63,887 nt of DNA, filler included, from Octopus bimaculoides (GCF_001194135.2; 6 parts of 4 records of this genome joined end to end with filler, not necessarily neighbours in it), one strand, 5' to 3'; counted from the whole stretch's first letter, positions 13,411-25,400 are shown. Notes: a model not told the origin generated them from the sequence alone. Numbers and translations: made by a program.

Positions 13411-13842
13411 AGTGAGTTTGTATTTCATTCATCTTCTTGGATCATTCTAAAATCTGAAAAGATCCAAGATCCCCAACACTTCTAATCCTAAGTATTTTGA
13501 ATATGGGATTATTGAAGGCAGCAAGCTGGCAGAAACGTTAGCACACCGGGCGAAATGCTTAGCAATATTTCGTCTGTCTTTACATTCTGAGTTCAAATTC
13601 CGCTGAGGGTGACTTTGCCTTTCATCCTTTTAGGGTTGATAGATTAAGTACCAGTTGTGTATTGAGATCGATCTAGTCGACTGGCCCCCTCCCTAAAAAT
13701 TTTGGGCCTTGTTCTTAGAGTAGAAAAGAATAAGGGATTATTGATTGTAATAGATAAAGAAATCTCTGAAGTGTTTCTTCAAGCATATTTAATGAACTGA
13801 ATAATTTATTTTGACTAAAATAAAATCATTATCTCTTTTCAG

Positions 13843-13917
13843 AATTTTTAGGAAGTTCCAATACATTCTAAATCCTAGGCAGGTCTATAATTTGACGAAA
13901 GGTGGCCCTAAGGCTGG
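13843..13917 (+). CDS. Dgk: DGK exon
   Basis: ttttcag|A...GCTGG|gtaagt; (K)[24 protein letters not shown](G); phase-compatible with neighbours. Confidence 0.95.
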
Positions 13918-14894
13918 GTAAGTTTATTATTTCCATGCCAACAAGATATTAACTAAACTCAGTGGGCAATACTAGTAAACATATTTACAACAGTGCTGTC
14001 TCTGTATCATGCATCAACTTCTCAACACATGGCATAATGCCACTTCCCTCTGCTGCTATACTCCATTCAGTTGGGGGTCTTTTCATTGTCTTGTAAGTTA
14101 CTTGGTGCTGAAAAATAAAATAGTATACTTTGTGAAGTGGTTGGCATTAGGAAGGACATCCAGCTATTGAAATCAAGCCAAAACAGATGCTGGAGATCAA
14201 CAGAATTCTCTAGCTCCTTGGATTCAGTCAAAACATCAAACCCATGTTAGCATTAGTATTACTTTCACCAGCATTAGAATCCCAATGAAGAACAAGTACA
14301 TACAACAAAATTACAGTAAACTAAGAAACCAATAACACCAAAACAGGTTTAACCCTTCAAGAACTAGAATTTCATTGAAAGACAACTTATAACCTTGAGA
14401 TCACAAGATACAAAAGGTTCCCAGTCAACAAGCTCATCATCAAGCATATACATCAAGGCAATGCCAGTGCCCCAGCATGGTCACAATCCAATAAATAAAA
14501 GATAAAAGATCCCATCCTCAGCTGCCTAACAGATGTCATTATGGTTTCAACACCTTGCCCAGTATCATTCAGTCTGATAGTGTTTATTTACACACAAACA
14601 CAAATACACATCCCTGCTTTATTGATCACGTGAATACTCTGTACCATGTTGGCTAGCAACCCCTGTCTGCCCAGCAGACCTATTTTAAAAAGCCTCTGAG
14701 ATTCAGTCTATTGCAGATTGGGTTTTGTTTTGAGAATTACTTATATGATAAAACTCTATTTTGCAATTTTTATTTTTAGATAACATTAAATAAAAATAAT
14801 ATAATATTCAAAGAAAAACATAAATATAAATTTTCTGAAATTTTTCTCATTTCACTTGTATTCCATTTTATGACTATTTTCTGTTTCTATTCAG

Positions 14895-14980
14895 GCTGCA
14901 GTTCTTTAAAGATGTAAAATGTGCACGTATCCTTGTATGCGGCGGAGATGGTACTGTAGGTTGGATTTTAGATGCTATGG
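14895..14980 (+). CDS. Dgk: DGK exon with ATP-binding GGDGT motif
   Basis: tattcag|G...ATGG|gtaagt; [28 protein letters not shown]. Confidence 0.96.
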
Positions 14981-15776
14981 GTAAGTAAAATAAATTCACG
15001 TTATTTAGCAGTAGTTTCATTTTTGAACTCGTGGGAGGGAACTACTATCTTTTACTTGTTTCTATCATTAGACTGGAGCCATGCAGGAGCATCATCTTGA
15101 AGAATTTTAATTCGACGAATTGATAGCTGTACTTATTGTTTTTTTTAAAGCCTAGTACTAATTCTATCAGTCTCTCTTGCCAAACTGCTAAGCAGTGGTA
15201 GAAGACAAACAGTCACATAGACACACAAACACATACACACACCACACATGCATACACACACATACCACACATGCACACACACATACACACATATGCATAA
15301 AACAGGATTATTTCAGTTTCCATCTACCAAATCCACTTGCAGAGCTTTGGTCAGCCCAAGGCTATAGTAGAAAACACTTGCCCAAATGTCATGCAGTGGG
15401 GCTGAACCTGGAATCATGTGTTGGGATCTGCACCTACCACCACTCTTCCATTGCCATAGAGCTTTCAGTAGATGGAATAATAAATGAAGTCTCTATAAAG
15501 ACACATCTGTACATCATTGAATTATAAGGATAATGCTTGTGCAACACAAGAACTATTCTGTGAGTCTCCATGATTAGTACTTAGTTACCGGCTGAAGTAA
15601 AATGACCGGTAATCATGTGAAACTGTAGGTAGCATATCAGTGTCCCTCTGCTAGAATGTTTATGACTTGTAGGAACACTATATTTTGTTATGCAAGCATA
15701 ATATGCTACAAAGTATATTAAACGTTTTTATAAGTAAATACCATGTTCTACTGTGTTAGCAGTGCTCTTACATCAC

Positions 15777-16017
15777 TTGTTAAGGTTATCTCTACAGATT
15801 TTCTATAGAAATTATAACCAGCATTGATTTTGTCACGACGTTTCATATGTAAGACGCCAGATGTAAACAACAATAAATTGAAAATGAAAAATGGGTAATG
15901 GGTATTTATGCCCATATATTAGGAGTCTTTGTTCCTTCATCAACACCCATCCAACTAATATTTACATACCAACTTCCTATAATCTCTATAGAAAATTTGT
16001 AGTGATAACCTTAACAA
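15777..16017. repeat. 40-bp inverted repeat pair in DGK intron
   Basis: 15777-15816 vs 15978-16017, 3 mismatches; GAAACGTC on - at 15844-15837 lies inside. Confidence 0.8.
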
Positions 16018-16147
16018 AACTGTTGGAAAGAGGATGTCTCAACAACAGATACAAATATATGTTCATAAACACATTCACTTGTAACGATAAAGATTATTGA
16101 TACATATATTATCTTTTGTAATTGATGTTGTTGTTGTTGTTTTGCAG

Positions 16148-16237
16148 ATAAAATGAATATTGAGCCACGCCTTCCTGTAGCTGTTCTTCCATTGGGTACT
16201 GGAAATGATTTAGCTCGTTGTCTCAATTGGGGTCCAG
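16148..16237 (+). CDS. Dgk: DGK exon with [11 protein letters not shown] motif
   Basis: tttgcag|AT...CCAG|gtaaag; (D)[29 protein letters not shown]. Confidence 0.96.
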
Positions 16238-16269
16238 GTAAAGCTATATATATATATATATTTCTTTTA

Positions 16270-16640
16270 TCATTTATCTTTTACTCATTTTAGTCATTAA
16301 ACTGTGGCCATGTTGGGGCACTGCCTTGGAGAATTTTAGTTGCACAGATGATGCTCCCAGTATTTATATATATATTTTTAAAGCCTGGCACATATTCTGT
16401 TGGTCTCTTTTTGCTGAACCACTAAATTATGGGAACATAGACACTCCAATACTGGTCATCAAGCAGTGATGGGGGACAAACACAGACACACACACACATA
16501 TTGGATGGGCTTCTTTTAATTTCCATCTACCAAATCTACTCACAAGGTTTTAGTTGGCCCAAGGCTATAGTAGAAGACACTTGCCCAAAGTGCCATGCAG
16601 TGGGACTGAACTCAGAACCATGTGGCTGGGAAGCAAATTT
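16270..16640 (-). mobile_element. SINE family B, near full length, decayed
   Basis: Reverse-complement match to head, core and tail of the 23013-23418 copy. Confidence 0.75.
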
Positions 16641-16900
16641 CTTACTGCACAGCCAAAGGGTTTAGTTGAACAAATCAACCCCTGTACTTATTTTTTAAAG
16701 TCTAGTAATTATTCCATCAGTTTCTTTTGCTAAACCACTAAGTTATGGGGATGTAAACAAACCAATACTTGTCAAGTGATGTCAGAGAAAGAAATATAAA
16801 CAAAAAGACTACACACATGAGCTCACACACACACACTTCCGCATAGTGTCCATCTTCAAACTTCACTCACAAGATTCACTCATAAGTCATAAAGTATTTA

Positions 16901-17257
16901 TTTCTTTATTGCGGCGGCACGTAAAAAGCACCATTTGAGTGCAATCATTTCCAGCTTCGCCTTACTGGCACTTGTACCGGTGGTATGTGATCAAAACATT
17001 GGACTGACTCCTGTGCAGGTGGCACATAAAAAACATCATTTGAGTGTGGCCGTTGCCAGTACCACCATACTGGCCCTCGTGCCGGTGGCACATAAAAAGC
17101 ACCCACTACACTCTCGGAGTGGTTGACGTTAGGAAGGGCATCAAGCTGTAGAAACTTTGCCAAATCAGATTGGAGCCTGATGCAGCCATCCGCTTCACCA
17201 GTCCCTAGTCAAATCGTCCAACCCATGCTAGCATGGAAAGCGGACGTTAAATGATGA
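16901..17257 (+). mobile_element. SINE/LINE-tail repeat family D with (GAT)n tail
   Basis: ttaggaagggcatc.agctgtagaaac...acccatgctagcatggaaagcggacgttaaatgatga; minus-strand relatives at about 6290-6520 and 20369-20490. Confidence 0.75.
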
Positions 17258-17683
17258 GAATGCCCACAGGGTGCTAAACATAGAGGGGACAAACAAGAAC
17301 AGACAAAGGGATTAAGTCGATTACATCGACCCCAGTGCATCCCAAAAGGATGAAAGGCAAAGTCNNNNNNNNNNCCAGTGCATCCCAAAAGGATGAAAGG
17401 CAAAGTCAACTTCAGCGGAATTTGAACTCAGAATGTAAAGATAGACGAAATACTGCTAAGCATTTCTCCCAGCGTGCTAACGATTCTCCCAGCTTGCCGC
17501 CCTAAAATCATAAAGTATTGGTCATAAGGTATTGGTCACCCAAGGTGCCGCTTAGTGAGACTGAACCCAAAAACAACATGGTTGCAAAACAAGCTTCTTA
17601 ACTACACAGCCATGCTTGTGCTTATAATATTAATTTGATATTCTTTTCTCTCTCACTCTCTTTCTTTCTTTTTTTTTTTACAG

Positions 17684-17847
17684 GATATGAAGGAGAAAGT
17701 TTAGAGAAAATTATTCATTCTATTGAGAAAAGTACCGAAGTGATGTTAGATCGTTGGCACATTGAGGTGAAGGATGTTGAAGAAAGTGGTGAACCTGGTG
17801 ACGCTGTACCGCTTAATATCATCAACAACTATTTTTCTATTGGAGTG
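17684..17847 (+). CDS. Dgk: DGK exon
   Basis: tttacag|GA...GGAGTG|gtgagt; (G)[10 protein letters not shown]...MLDRWHIEV...[13 protein letters not shown]. Confidence 0.96.
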
Positions 17848-18174
17848 GTGAGTAGACAAACATCATTCGATTTATAATGATTATAATGCAATGAGCAGAC
17901 AGAATCATTATCATGCTGCACAAAATTCTTTGCAGCATTTCTTCTTATTTTCATTCTGAGTTCAAATGCTGTCAAGATCAACTTTGCCTTTCATATTTTC
18001 AGAGTCGATAAAATAAGTACCAGCTCAGCACTGAGATGGACATAATTGGCTTCCCCACCTTTTGCTGGCCTTGTGCCAAAATTAGAATTATATTTGACAG
18101 TTGTTTTGATAATTTATAGCTATGCCTAGTAAATATTTGGTAAATTTTTGCACCCCTACAAAAGTAACATCACA

Positions 18175-18244
18175 TTTGAAGATGAAAAAGTTAATTTGAA
18201 GATGAAAAAGTTAATTTTTGAAGATGAAAAAGTTAATTTTTGAA
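18175..18244. repeat. 20-22-bp minisatellite, 3 units
   Basis: tttgaagatgaaaaagttaa repeated. Confidence 0.9.
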
Positions 18245-18838
18245 CAGCTAGTTTATTTTATTATTCTTTTTTAATTGAACCTCATACAGTATTGTGGGTG
18301 AACTACAAAAATAAACTTAAAATTTAAATGTAAATTGAAAAATTGAAAAAAAATATATAAACTGTGAAATCCATCACTATTGTGAACATAGAATTCAATG
18401 TCTTTGTTCCTGATTCTCGTTCTTGATTTCATGAAAATCAATCTTTTATATTTACCTCGTGTTCATCATTATTCATGCTCTCAGTAACACGATTACCCAA
18501 ACTTTTAATTGCATTAAATGAAATCAAATTATCCAGTTTGAATACATGACAGCTTGATGTAATGAGAGCACATTATTGATAATATTCATGAATGGTGATG
18601 AATGGGCTTTGACAAACTACTGATTAGTTGATTCATCGAATGATTAATCACACAATCAGTTAAAGTTAATTTGTTAATTAATTAGCTACTTGACTAGTAA
18701 TGATAATAGAAGGAAGAGAAATAGAACCAGTGTGTATGTGTTTATTGGCAACATGACCCTCCCAAAATACACCAACTATTTGATTATCACTGTTTCAAAA
18801 TTAATTCTTATTCTTTTGTAACAACTTGTTATTGTCAG

Positions 18839-18903
18839 GATGCTTCCATTTGCCACCGTTTCCATACAATGAGAGAAAAACATCCAGAGAAATTTAATAG
18901 CAG
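18839..18903 (+). CDS. Dgk: DGK exon (accessory domain)
   Basis: ttgtcag|GAT...AGCAG|gttagt; [21 protein letters not shown](R). Confidence 0.96.
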
Positions 18904-19612
18904 GTTAGTTTTGGAAGGAATATTTAAATTTTTCTTTTTTCCAGTTGAAATATTATATGTATTTCATACTTTACAGTAAGGTATTTTGTTTTATTACACA
19001 CTGATATATTGAACATCTGGGCTGTTGACTATTAAATGCCTTGTCAAAATGCTATGCCAGTAATAGTATTCTAGCCATTTGTCAAACTTGTACTTCATTT
19101 CTGATATTCTCTTGTTTTTTTCATGTGCTGTTAGGGTTCTCAGAATGTCAAAACATTGTTCTCAGTATTCAGTAATAATTGCTTAAATGTAGATAAATTC
19201 TAAGATTGACGTTTTTATCAAGCAAATTAGTTAGAAAATCTCCATAAGAGATGAAAGCAGTAACTATACTGAAAAGTAATGTTTACTGCCACTTCAACAT
19301 GGCTGTTCCATAGGAACCAATGTTACTACCATTTTAACCCCAGAAAGATGCCTCCTCCAGCTGGTTATCACTACAACCAGCACCCAATTTATATTGCAAG
19401 TGTGGGAGCGAACCCTATCATCTCCCAGTGACAGGACCTCTAGACCGTATGATTTCGAGCTATTTGTGCTCATCCTCACTGGAGGATACTCACCCACTAG
19501 AAATAACAGTAGTTCACTTCAGCTCATAATATATAGAAAAATAATTGGGGCCTGAAAATTGAGATTGTTGGAATGTTTTTGAATTTAATGTAACTTTGTG
19601 AATTTATTGCAG

Positions 19613-19703
19613 AATAAAGAACAAAATGTGGTATTTTGAATTTGGTACATCAGAAACGTTTTCTGCAACTTGCAAGAGCCTGCATGAAAATATTGAAGTA
19701 TCG
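19613..19703 (+). CDS. Dgk: DGK exon
   Basis: attgcag|A...TCG|gtatgt; [30 protein letters not shown]. Confidence 0.96.
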
Positions 19704-19802
19704 GTATGTATGTTTAGTCTTCTAATCTTAATCTTGGCACCATAACATATCTGAAGATAATGTCTGCCTTTTCTGTGCTACACCAAATGATACGCGCGCA
19801 GG

Positions 19803-19908
<106 letters not shown>

Positions 19909-20701
19909 TGATAAGGAGAAGGAAGAATTTGAACATTCAAACAGTATGTTTATTTCCAGTTAGTTTATTCATAATAACTGTGCAACGAGTGTTTCAATCG
20001 CATTAACTGCATATTGTTGCATATTCATATGCAGCAATTTATGCATTATTAGTACAATCTCTTCAGAGTATATAAGTATGACATCGTTCGAAGAGGAATT
20101 TTCCTCTGCTATTAGTTTGAATTAGGCTTGGTAGTAGTAGTAGTAGTAGTAGTAAACCATGACATTCTTCAATGAGCTGCTTTTCTCAACTGATTGTTTT
20201 GGATAATATGCAATGATGGAGATTTGACTCACTTTGCATTACTTAAAGTTTTGGGGTATAAAACACATCCACTTCATCATACCTTCAGAGATGAAAATTC
20301 TCTCCACTCTGTCTTGAAATATCTGATGATATCGATATGTTATATGTTCATGTTCATGTTCATGTTCAATCATCATCGTCATTTAACATCCGCTTTCCAT
20401 GCTAGCATGGGTTGGACAATTTGACTGAGGACTGGTGAAACCAGATGGCTGCACCAGGCCCCAATCTGATTTGGCAGAGTTTCTACAGCTGGACGTTAAA
20501 CAATGATGATGATGATGATGATATTGACTTTGTTGACCTCAGAGATCAACCAGTTCACAACATTGAAGCTCTATTAGCTTACAGGCATGGCCAACATGTT
20601 TATGGCTTCAGTTTTGTTTACTTTTTTACTCTTTTATTTGTTTCAGTCATTTGACTGCGGCCATGCTGGAGCACCACCTTTTTGGCTGTTATTATTATTA
20701 T

Positions 20702-20904
20702 TAGGCAGAATTGTTAGCACGCTGGGCAAAATGTTTAGTGGCATTTCATCTATCCTTACATTCAAATTCCACCGAGGTCAACTTTGCCTTTCATCCTTTC
20801 AGGGTCAGTGAAATAAGTACCAGTTATGCACTGAGGTTGATGTAATCTACTTTCCCCTGTCCCCAAAATTTCAGGCCTTGTGCCTATAGTAGAAAGGATT
20901 ATTA

Positions 20905-20963
<59 letters not shown>

Positions 20964-20966
20964 TTT
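20702..20966 (+). mobile_element. SINE family A plus (ATT)n tail running into DGK acceptor
   Basis: SINE ends agtagaaagg at 20897, then (ATT)n, then tttttcag at 20962-20969. Confidence 0.85.
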
Positions 20967-20969
20967 CAG

Positions 20970-21177
20970 TGTGACGACTGTTCTCTAGAGGTGCATAAAG
21001 GTTCTGGTCTTGAAGGTATTGCCATGTTAAACATACCAACCATTTATGGTGGAGCATCTTTGTGGGGTGAAAACCCAACCAAAAAACAAAAACAAAAGAT
21101 ACTTAAAAGTGTCAAGAAAAAGAAAGACCAAAAGACTTACCCTCAGTCCAAAACTGAACTCCAAGCTTGCATTTCAG
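20970..21177 (+). CDS. Dgk: DGK exon
   Basis: ttttcag|TGT...TCAG|gtgggt; CDDCSLEVHKGSGLEGIAMLNIPTIYGGASLWGE...ELQACIS. Confidence 0.94.
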
Positions 21178-21629
21178 GTGGGTTATGATCTTTCTTGGAG
21201 GAGAGTCTAACTTTCAGAAAATTTCTACAGAATCTGTTTTTGCTATTACAGAAGCCTTGTTTCATCATTGTAGAAGTCTGCTAGCTGTGACTTTAATAAA
21301 CGAGAATTTATTCCTCAGACTCAAGAAATGTTTAACCAATTTGAATCTTCCTAACTTTCTTTAAACTGATTCCTTGTTAATAGCAACTAGCAACATTGAG
21401 TGTAAAATACAGATATCCAGACCCTCGTGACCTGATATCTAGTCTCACTGTTTTAAGTTCATGTCTCAGTCACATATAGTTTTCTCTATTTCTCCATTCT
21501 CCAGAATTAATAACTCAAGTGCCTGTAATATACTAAGATTTTAGCTATGCTATTCTAACATTTTTTGCTTATGGAATCATCCTTTTGTCATTTAAACACT
21601 TACCTTTTTTTTTTCCCCCCGTATTTCAG

Positions 21630-21747
21630 ACATTGGTGATAAATTATTTGAAGTTGCTGGAGTGGAAAACAGTCTGCATGCTGGAATGGTTAGCGGGAAA
21701 GTCAGGTCTGGGAATCGATTAGCGCAGACATCTAATCTAAAGATAAA
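21630..21747 (+). CDS. Dgk: DGK exon
   Basis: atttcag|AC...ATAAA|gtaaga; (D)IGDKLFEVAGVENSLHAGMVSGKVRSGNRLAQTSNLKI. Confidence 0.94.
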
Positions 21748-21860
21748 GTAAGACATAAATTTTTATTGTAAAATAATTTCCGTTTTTCACATTCTGCTAA
21801 TTCTACATCCATATCACTTTAGAAGTTTCCTTATTATAATTTCTTATTTTTATTTTCCAG

Positions 21861-21921
21861 AACTAAAAAACGGGTGCCGATGCAAATTGATGGAGAGCCT
21901 TGGGTACAAAATCCTTGTACG
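21861..21921 (+). CDS. Dgk: DGK exon with PMQIDGEPW motif
   Basis: tttccag|A...ACG|gtaaga; [20 protein letters not shown]. Confidence 0.96.
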
Positions 21922-22716
21922 GTAAGATTATGATTCTATATTAATTCTGTTTACCAATCCTGTTTTGTGCCTAACAATCTTGAGTTATTTTCAGAGGGGC
22001 TTATTCAAGGCAAGTAATTCAATCTGAGACTGTGCGTTGAAACTGAAACAATTGCAGCATGGAAGACACAAAGCCATACAAAAACTCACAAAAGAATCTT
22101 TAAACCTCACTTAAACATTTAACTGCAACCTGATTGTTGACAAGATTAAGCTTTTGATATATAGCTGTATGGTCAACAAGTTTGCATGACTACTATGTGG
22201 TTTGGAGTTCAATACCACAACACTATAGCCTTTTACAAGAGCGTTGGTCTAAATAGTATGTCCATGTTGAAGCAAATTTTTTGCTGAACTCTAAGGCTGA
22301 GTTTAATGTTGAACTCTAAGATCAAGTTTATCTTTGTATTGCAAGAAGATGGAAACTAGTTCTCTCCCTTCCCTTACTTGTCAAGAATTTTTATTAACAC
22401 TAATGATTGTTATTCTTATGATGAATATAATTTCAATTGATTAAAAATTCATTTTGGTTCACTGTACTAAATACATTTGCCTGCACTTAAACCCATAATC
22501 TTCATCCTGAAGGCATTTCTGAGAAATTTTCTACTACTGTAGATATGATGCCCAATTAATTGCCAGAGTAACTGCTCATTATTCTTTAAATAACTTCTAG
22601 GCAATTTCATTGTAACTCCAAAACTGTATATATATATAGATGTTAATGATCTTTTTTTTTTTGTCTAAACTTTGTTTCAATTGTCTTCTGAAGTCATATT
22701 GTCTTTCATTCTTCAG

Positions 22717-22803
22717 ATAATCATAACTCATAAAAACCAAGCACCAATGCTCATGGGACCGAAAGACAAGGTTCCTACTGGATTCCTTAAAATTTTCCGA
22801 TGA
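22717..22803 (+). CDS. Dgk: DGK last coding exon
   Basis: cttcag|ATA...CGA TGA; IIITHKNQAPMLMGPKDKVPTGFLKIFR*. The 11 exons total 1137 nt = 379 codons with no internal stop. Confidence 0.94.
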   Translation: MIITHKNQAPMLMGPKDKVPTGFLKIFR

Positions 22804-23012
22804 ATAATATCAGGTATGTAACCTGTTTATTTTCCTTCTTGCATTTTTTTCTCCCTTTTTTTATTTCATCATCAACATCATCATCGTCGTCGTCTTCATC
22901 ATCATCATCACCATCATCATCATCGTTGTTGTTGTTGTAATATGCTTGGACAGCCACTTAGACTTCTGAGAGAGAGTTCTAAAGCAGCTGCCTGTATATT
23001 TCCAAATATTCA

Positions 23013-23418
23013 CGTAGGAGTGGCTGTGTGGTAAGTAGCTTGCTTACCAACCACATGGTCCTGGGTTCAGTCCCACTGCATGGTATCTTGGGCAAGTGTC
23101 TTCTACTATAGCCTCGGGCCGACCAATGCCTTGTGAGTGGATTTGGTAGACGGAAACTGAAAGAAGCCTGTCGTATATATGTATATATATATGTATGTGT
23201 GTATGTGTTTGTATGTCTGTGTTTGTCCCCCCAACATTGCTTGACAACCAATGCTGGTGTGTTTATGTCCCTGTAACTTAGCGGTTCGGCAAAAGAGACC
23301 GAAAGAATAAGTACTAGGCTTCCAAAGAATAAGTCCTGGGGTCGATTTGCTCGACTAAAGGCGGTACTCCAGCATGACCACAGTCAAAAGACTGAAACAA
23401 GTAAAAGAGTAAAAGAGT
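23013..23418 (+). mobile_element. Full-length SINE family B (tRNA head, CORE-like ccttgggcaagt, central microsatellite, LINE-like tail)
   Basis: Complete, well-preserved copy ending gactgaaacaagtaaaagagtaaaagag. Confidence 0.88.
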
Positions 23419-23419
23419 A

Positions 23420-23939
23420 TCTATTTCATTACTCATTCTATCTTTTACTTGCTTCAGTCGTCACTGAACTGCAGCCATGGTGCAAGACTGCTTAGAGGTG
23501 TATTAATCAAATGAATCAATCCCAGTACCTATTTTCCTTTAAAGTTTGCTGCTTATTCAATCACTCCCTTTTGCAAAACCACAAATTTTCAGTGGGATGT
23601 AAACAAACCAACACCACTTGTCAAGTGGTGGGAGGGAGGAATAGACACAAACAGAATGACACACACACACACACACATATACATACAGGCAAACAATCGT
23701 TATGCAGAGTTGTTAAAATAGAATATACCATAGAAGTAAGTGAGCAAGAAGATAGTCTTTTACAGCTGTTTCCAGAATAGACGTGCATATGGTACCTTTC
23801 CCAGCAGACGAAGACAAGCTTTCCATATAGTAGCAGACTATTCCATCTTCAGAGGAATAAAAGTTGAAGTAGATCCTTAATAGAGAGTTTTAGGAATTAA
23901 CAGTTCCATCATTGAAGAGAGTGAGGTAATCTTTACTGT

Positions 23940-23999
<60 letters not shown>

Positions 24000-24140
24000 T
24001 AAATGATGGGCTTCTTTCAGTTTCTGTCTATCAAATCCACTCACCGGAGTTATAGTTGAAGACACCTGCCCAAAATGCTATGGAGTGGGACTGAACCCAA
24101 AGTCTTGTGGTTGGGAAGTAAACTCCTTGCCACATGGCCA
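23420..24140 (-). mobile_element. SINE family B (inverted to neighbour) with nested hammerhead-bearing insert
   Basis: Tail 23420-23680, insert about 23690-23940, (TA)n, head 24000-24140. Confidence 0.7.
23755..23860 (-). ncRNA. Type I hammerhead-like motif with long stem II
   Basis: CTGAAGA (23852-23846), T-GGAATAG...CTATTCT-G stem II, GAAA-CAGCTG-TA; stem I pairs poorly. Confidence 0.55.
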
Positions 24141-24885
24141 TAAAGTCTTTCATTTTTCTTGTTACTGGTTTCAGTCATTAGTGATTGTGGCTTTGCTGGA
24201 GCAGTATCTATAAGAGTTTTAGTTGATTACATCAAGCTCACTGCTTTAGTTCTTAATCCATTGTTGTTGCAGGACAGGCAATGAAATGGCAATACAGATA
24301 TAAAGGGAGACAATACAGTAATGTCTGACTGAATATACAGGTTCTCCACACACACACACACGCACACACACACACATATATGAAGCTGATGATGATAGTT
24401 CCCTGCTTATGGTGTGTGTTTTCATTCTTCCAGTGTCACCTCTCTGCATTATCTTATTCCCCCCCCCAAAAAAATTTTTGGAGAACACTATATAAAATTT
24501 CAATAAAACATTATATAAAAGTTGGTAAAAAAAAGGTAAAGTTACCATCTCGAGTCATGCAGACTCATAGGAGTCATTTTCCCAATTTCCATGGCATATA
24601 AATTCCTCGCCTGGACAGGACACCAGTGTGTTGCAGGATTATTCATTTTAGCCAGCTGAGTGGATTGGAGTAATGTTGAAGTGTTTTGCTCAAGAACACA
24701 ATGCATCACCTGGTCCAGGAATTGAAACCACAATCTTACAATCAGAAATCCAACAACCTAACCATTAAGCCACATGCCTCCACTAGATAAAAGTTGGGTT
24801 AGAGCTGGTGCTAGAAAGAGAATGATATATATATATATATATGTGTGTGTGTGTTATAATCTAGAATAAACAGTAAAAGATTGTC

Positions 24886-24951
24886 ATTATAGTACTCAGA
24901 GTTTCGAATGTCGGAGCGAAGAGCTACGATACATTCACGTCAGCTATTAAT
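24886..24951 (-). ncRNA. Type I hammerhead ribozyme, single core substitution (A9>U)
   Basis: ATTAATAG-CTGACGT-GAATGT...ACATTC-GAAA-C TCTGA G-TA/CTATAAT. Confidence 0.68.
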
Positions 24952-25400
24952 GGTAACCTTTTACTGTTTTTATTCTAACTTATGACACATATAAATAATG
25001 TTCATTTTCTCTAATATTGAGGTCTCAGTCTTTTGTTGTTACATTTTATTATTATTGAGAGTTGCATTCCCCCGCGTTCGGTAAAAATGTGTTTATTATG
25101 GTAGTTTGACTTTAAGAGTCCCTCCTAGCATGAGGCATTTATGTATAGTAACGTCCTTAATATAAATAAATATATTTATAGGGAATAATTGATGGATTTT
25201 TCCCTTATGAGGTTTTTTCACACTAACTACTTGATAAATTCTTATAAAGATTTTATCCTATTTTTAAATTGTGTGTATATATATATATATATATATATCA
25301 CAGGGCTGTTAGTCAGGTTTTATGATCCTGTTTGGCGAACAGTTTTGGTGATGCCCTACCTTTGGTATTCAAGTACTATTTTTTCCACCTTGTTTTGCAC
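24952..25400 (-). mobile_element. Probable heavily decayed Penelope-like 3' end
   Basis: Minus strand gives IYQV..CEKTS*GK near 25180-25260 (GIY-YIG-like YxG with frameshift and stop), directly upstream of the same-sense hammerhead. Confidence 0.35.

Noticed and set aside
17332-17407. 33-bp direct repeat around a 10-N gap
   Set aside because: Typical unmerged contig overlap within a SINE A copy
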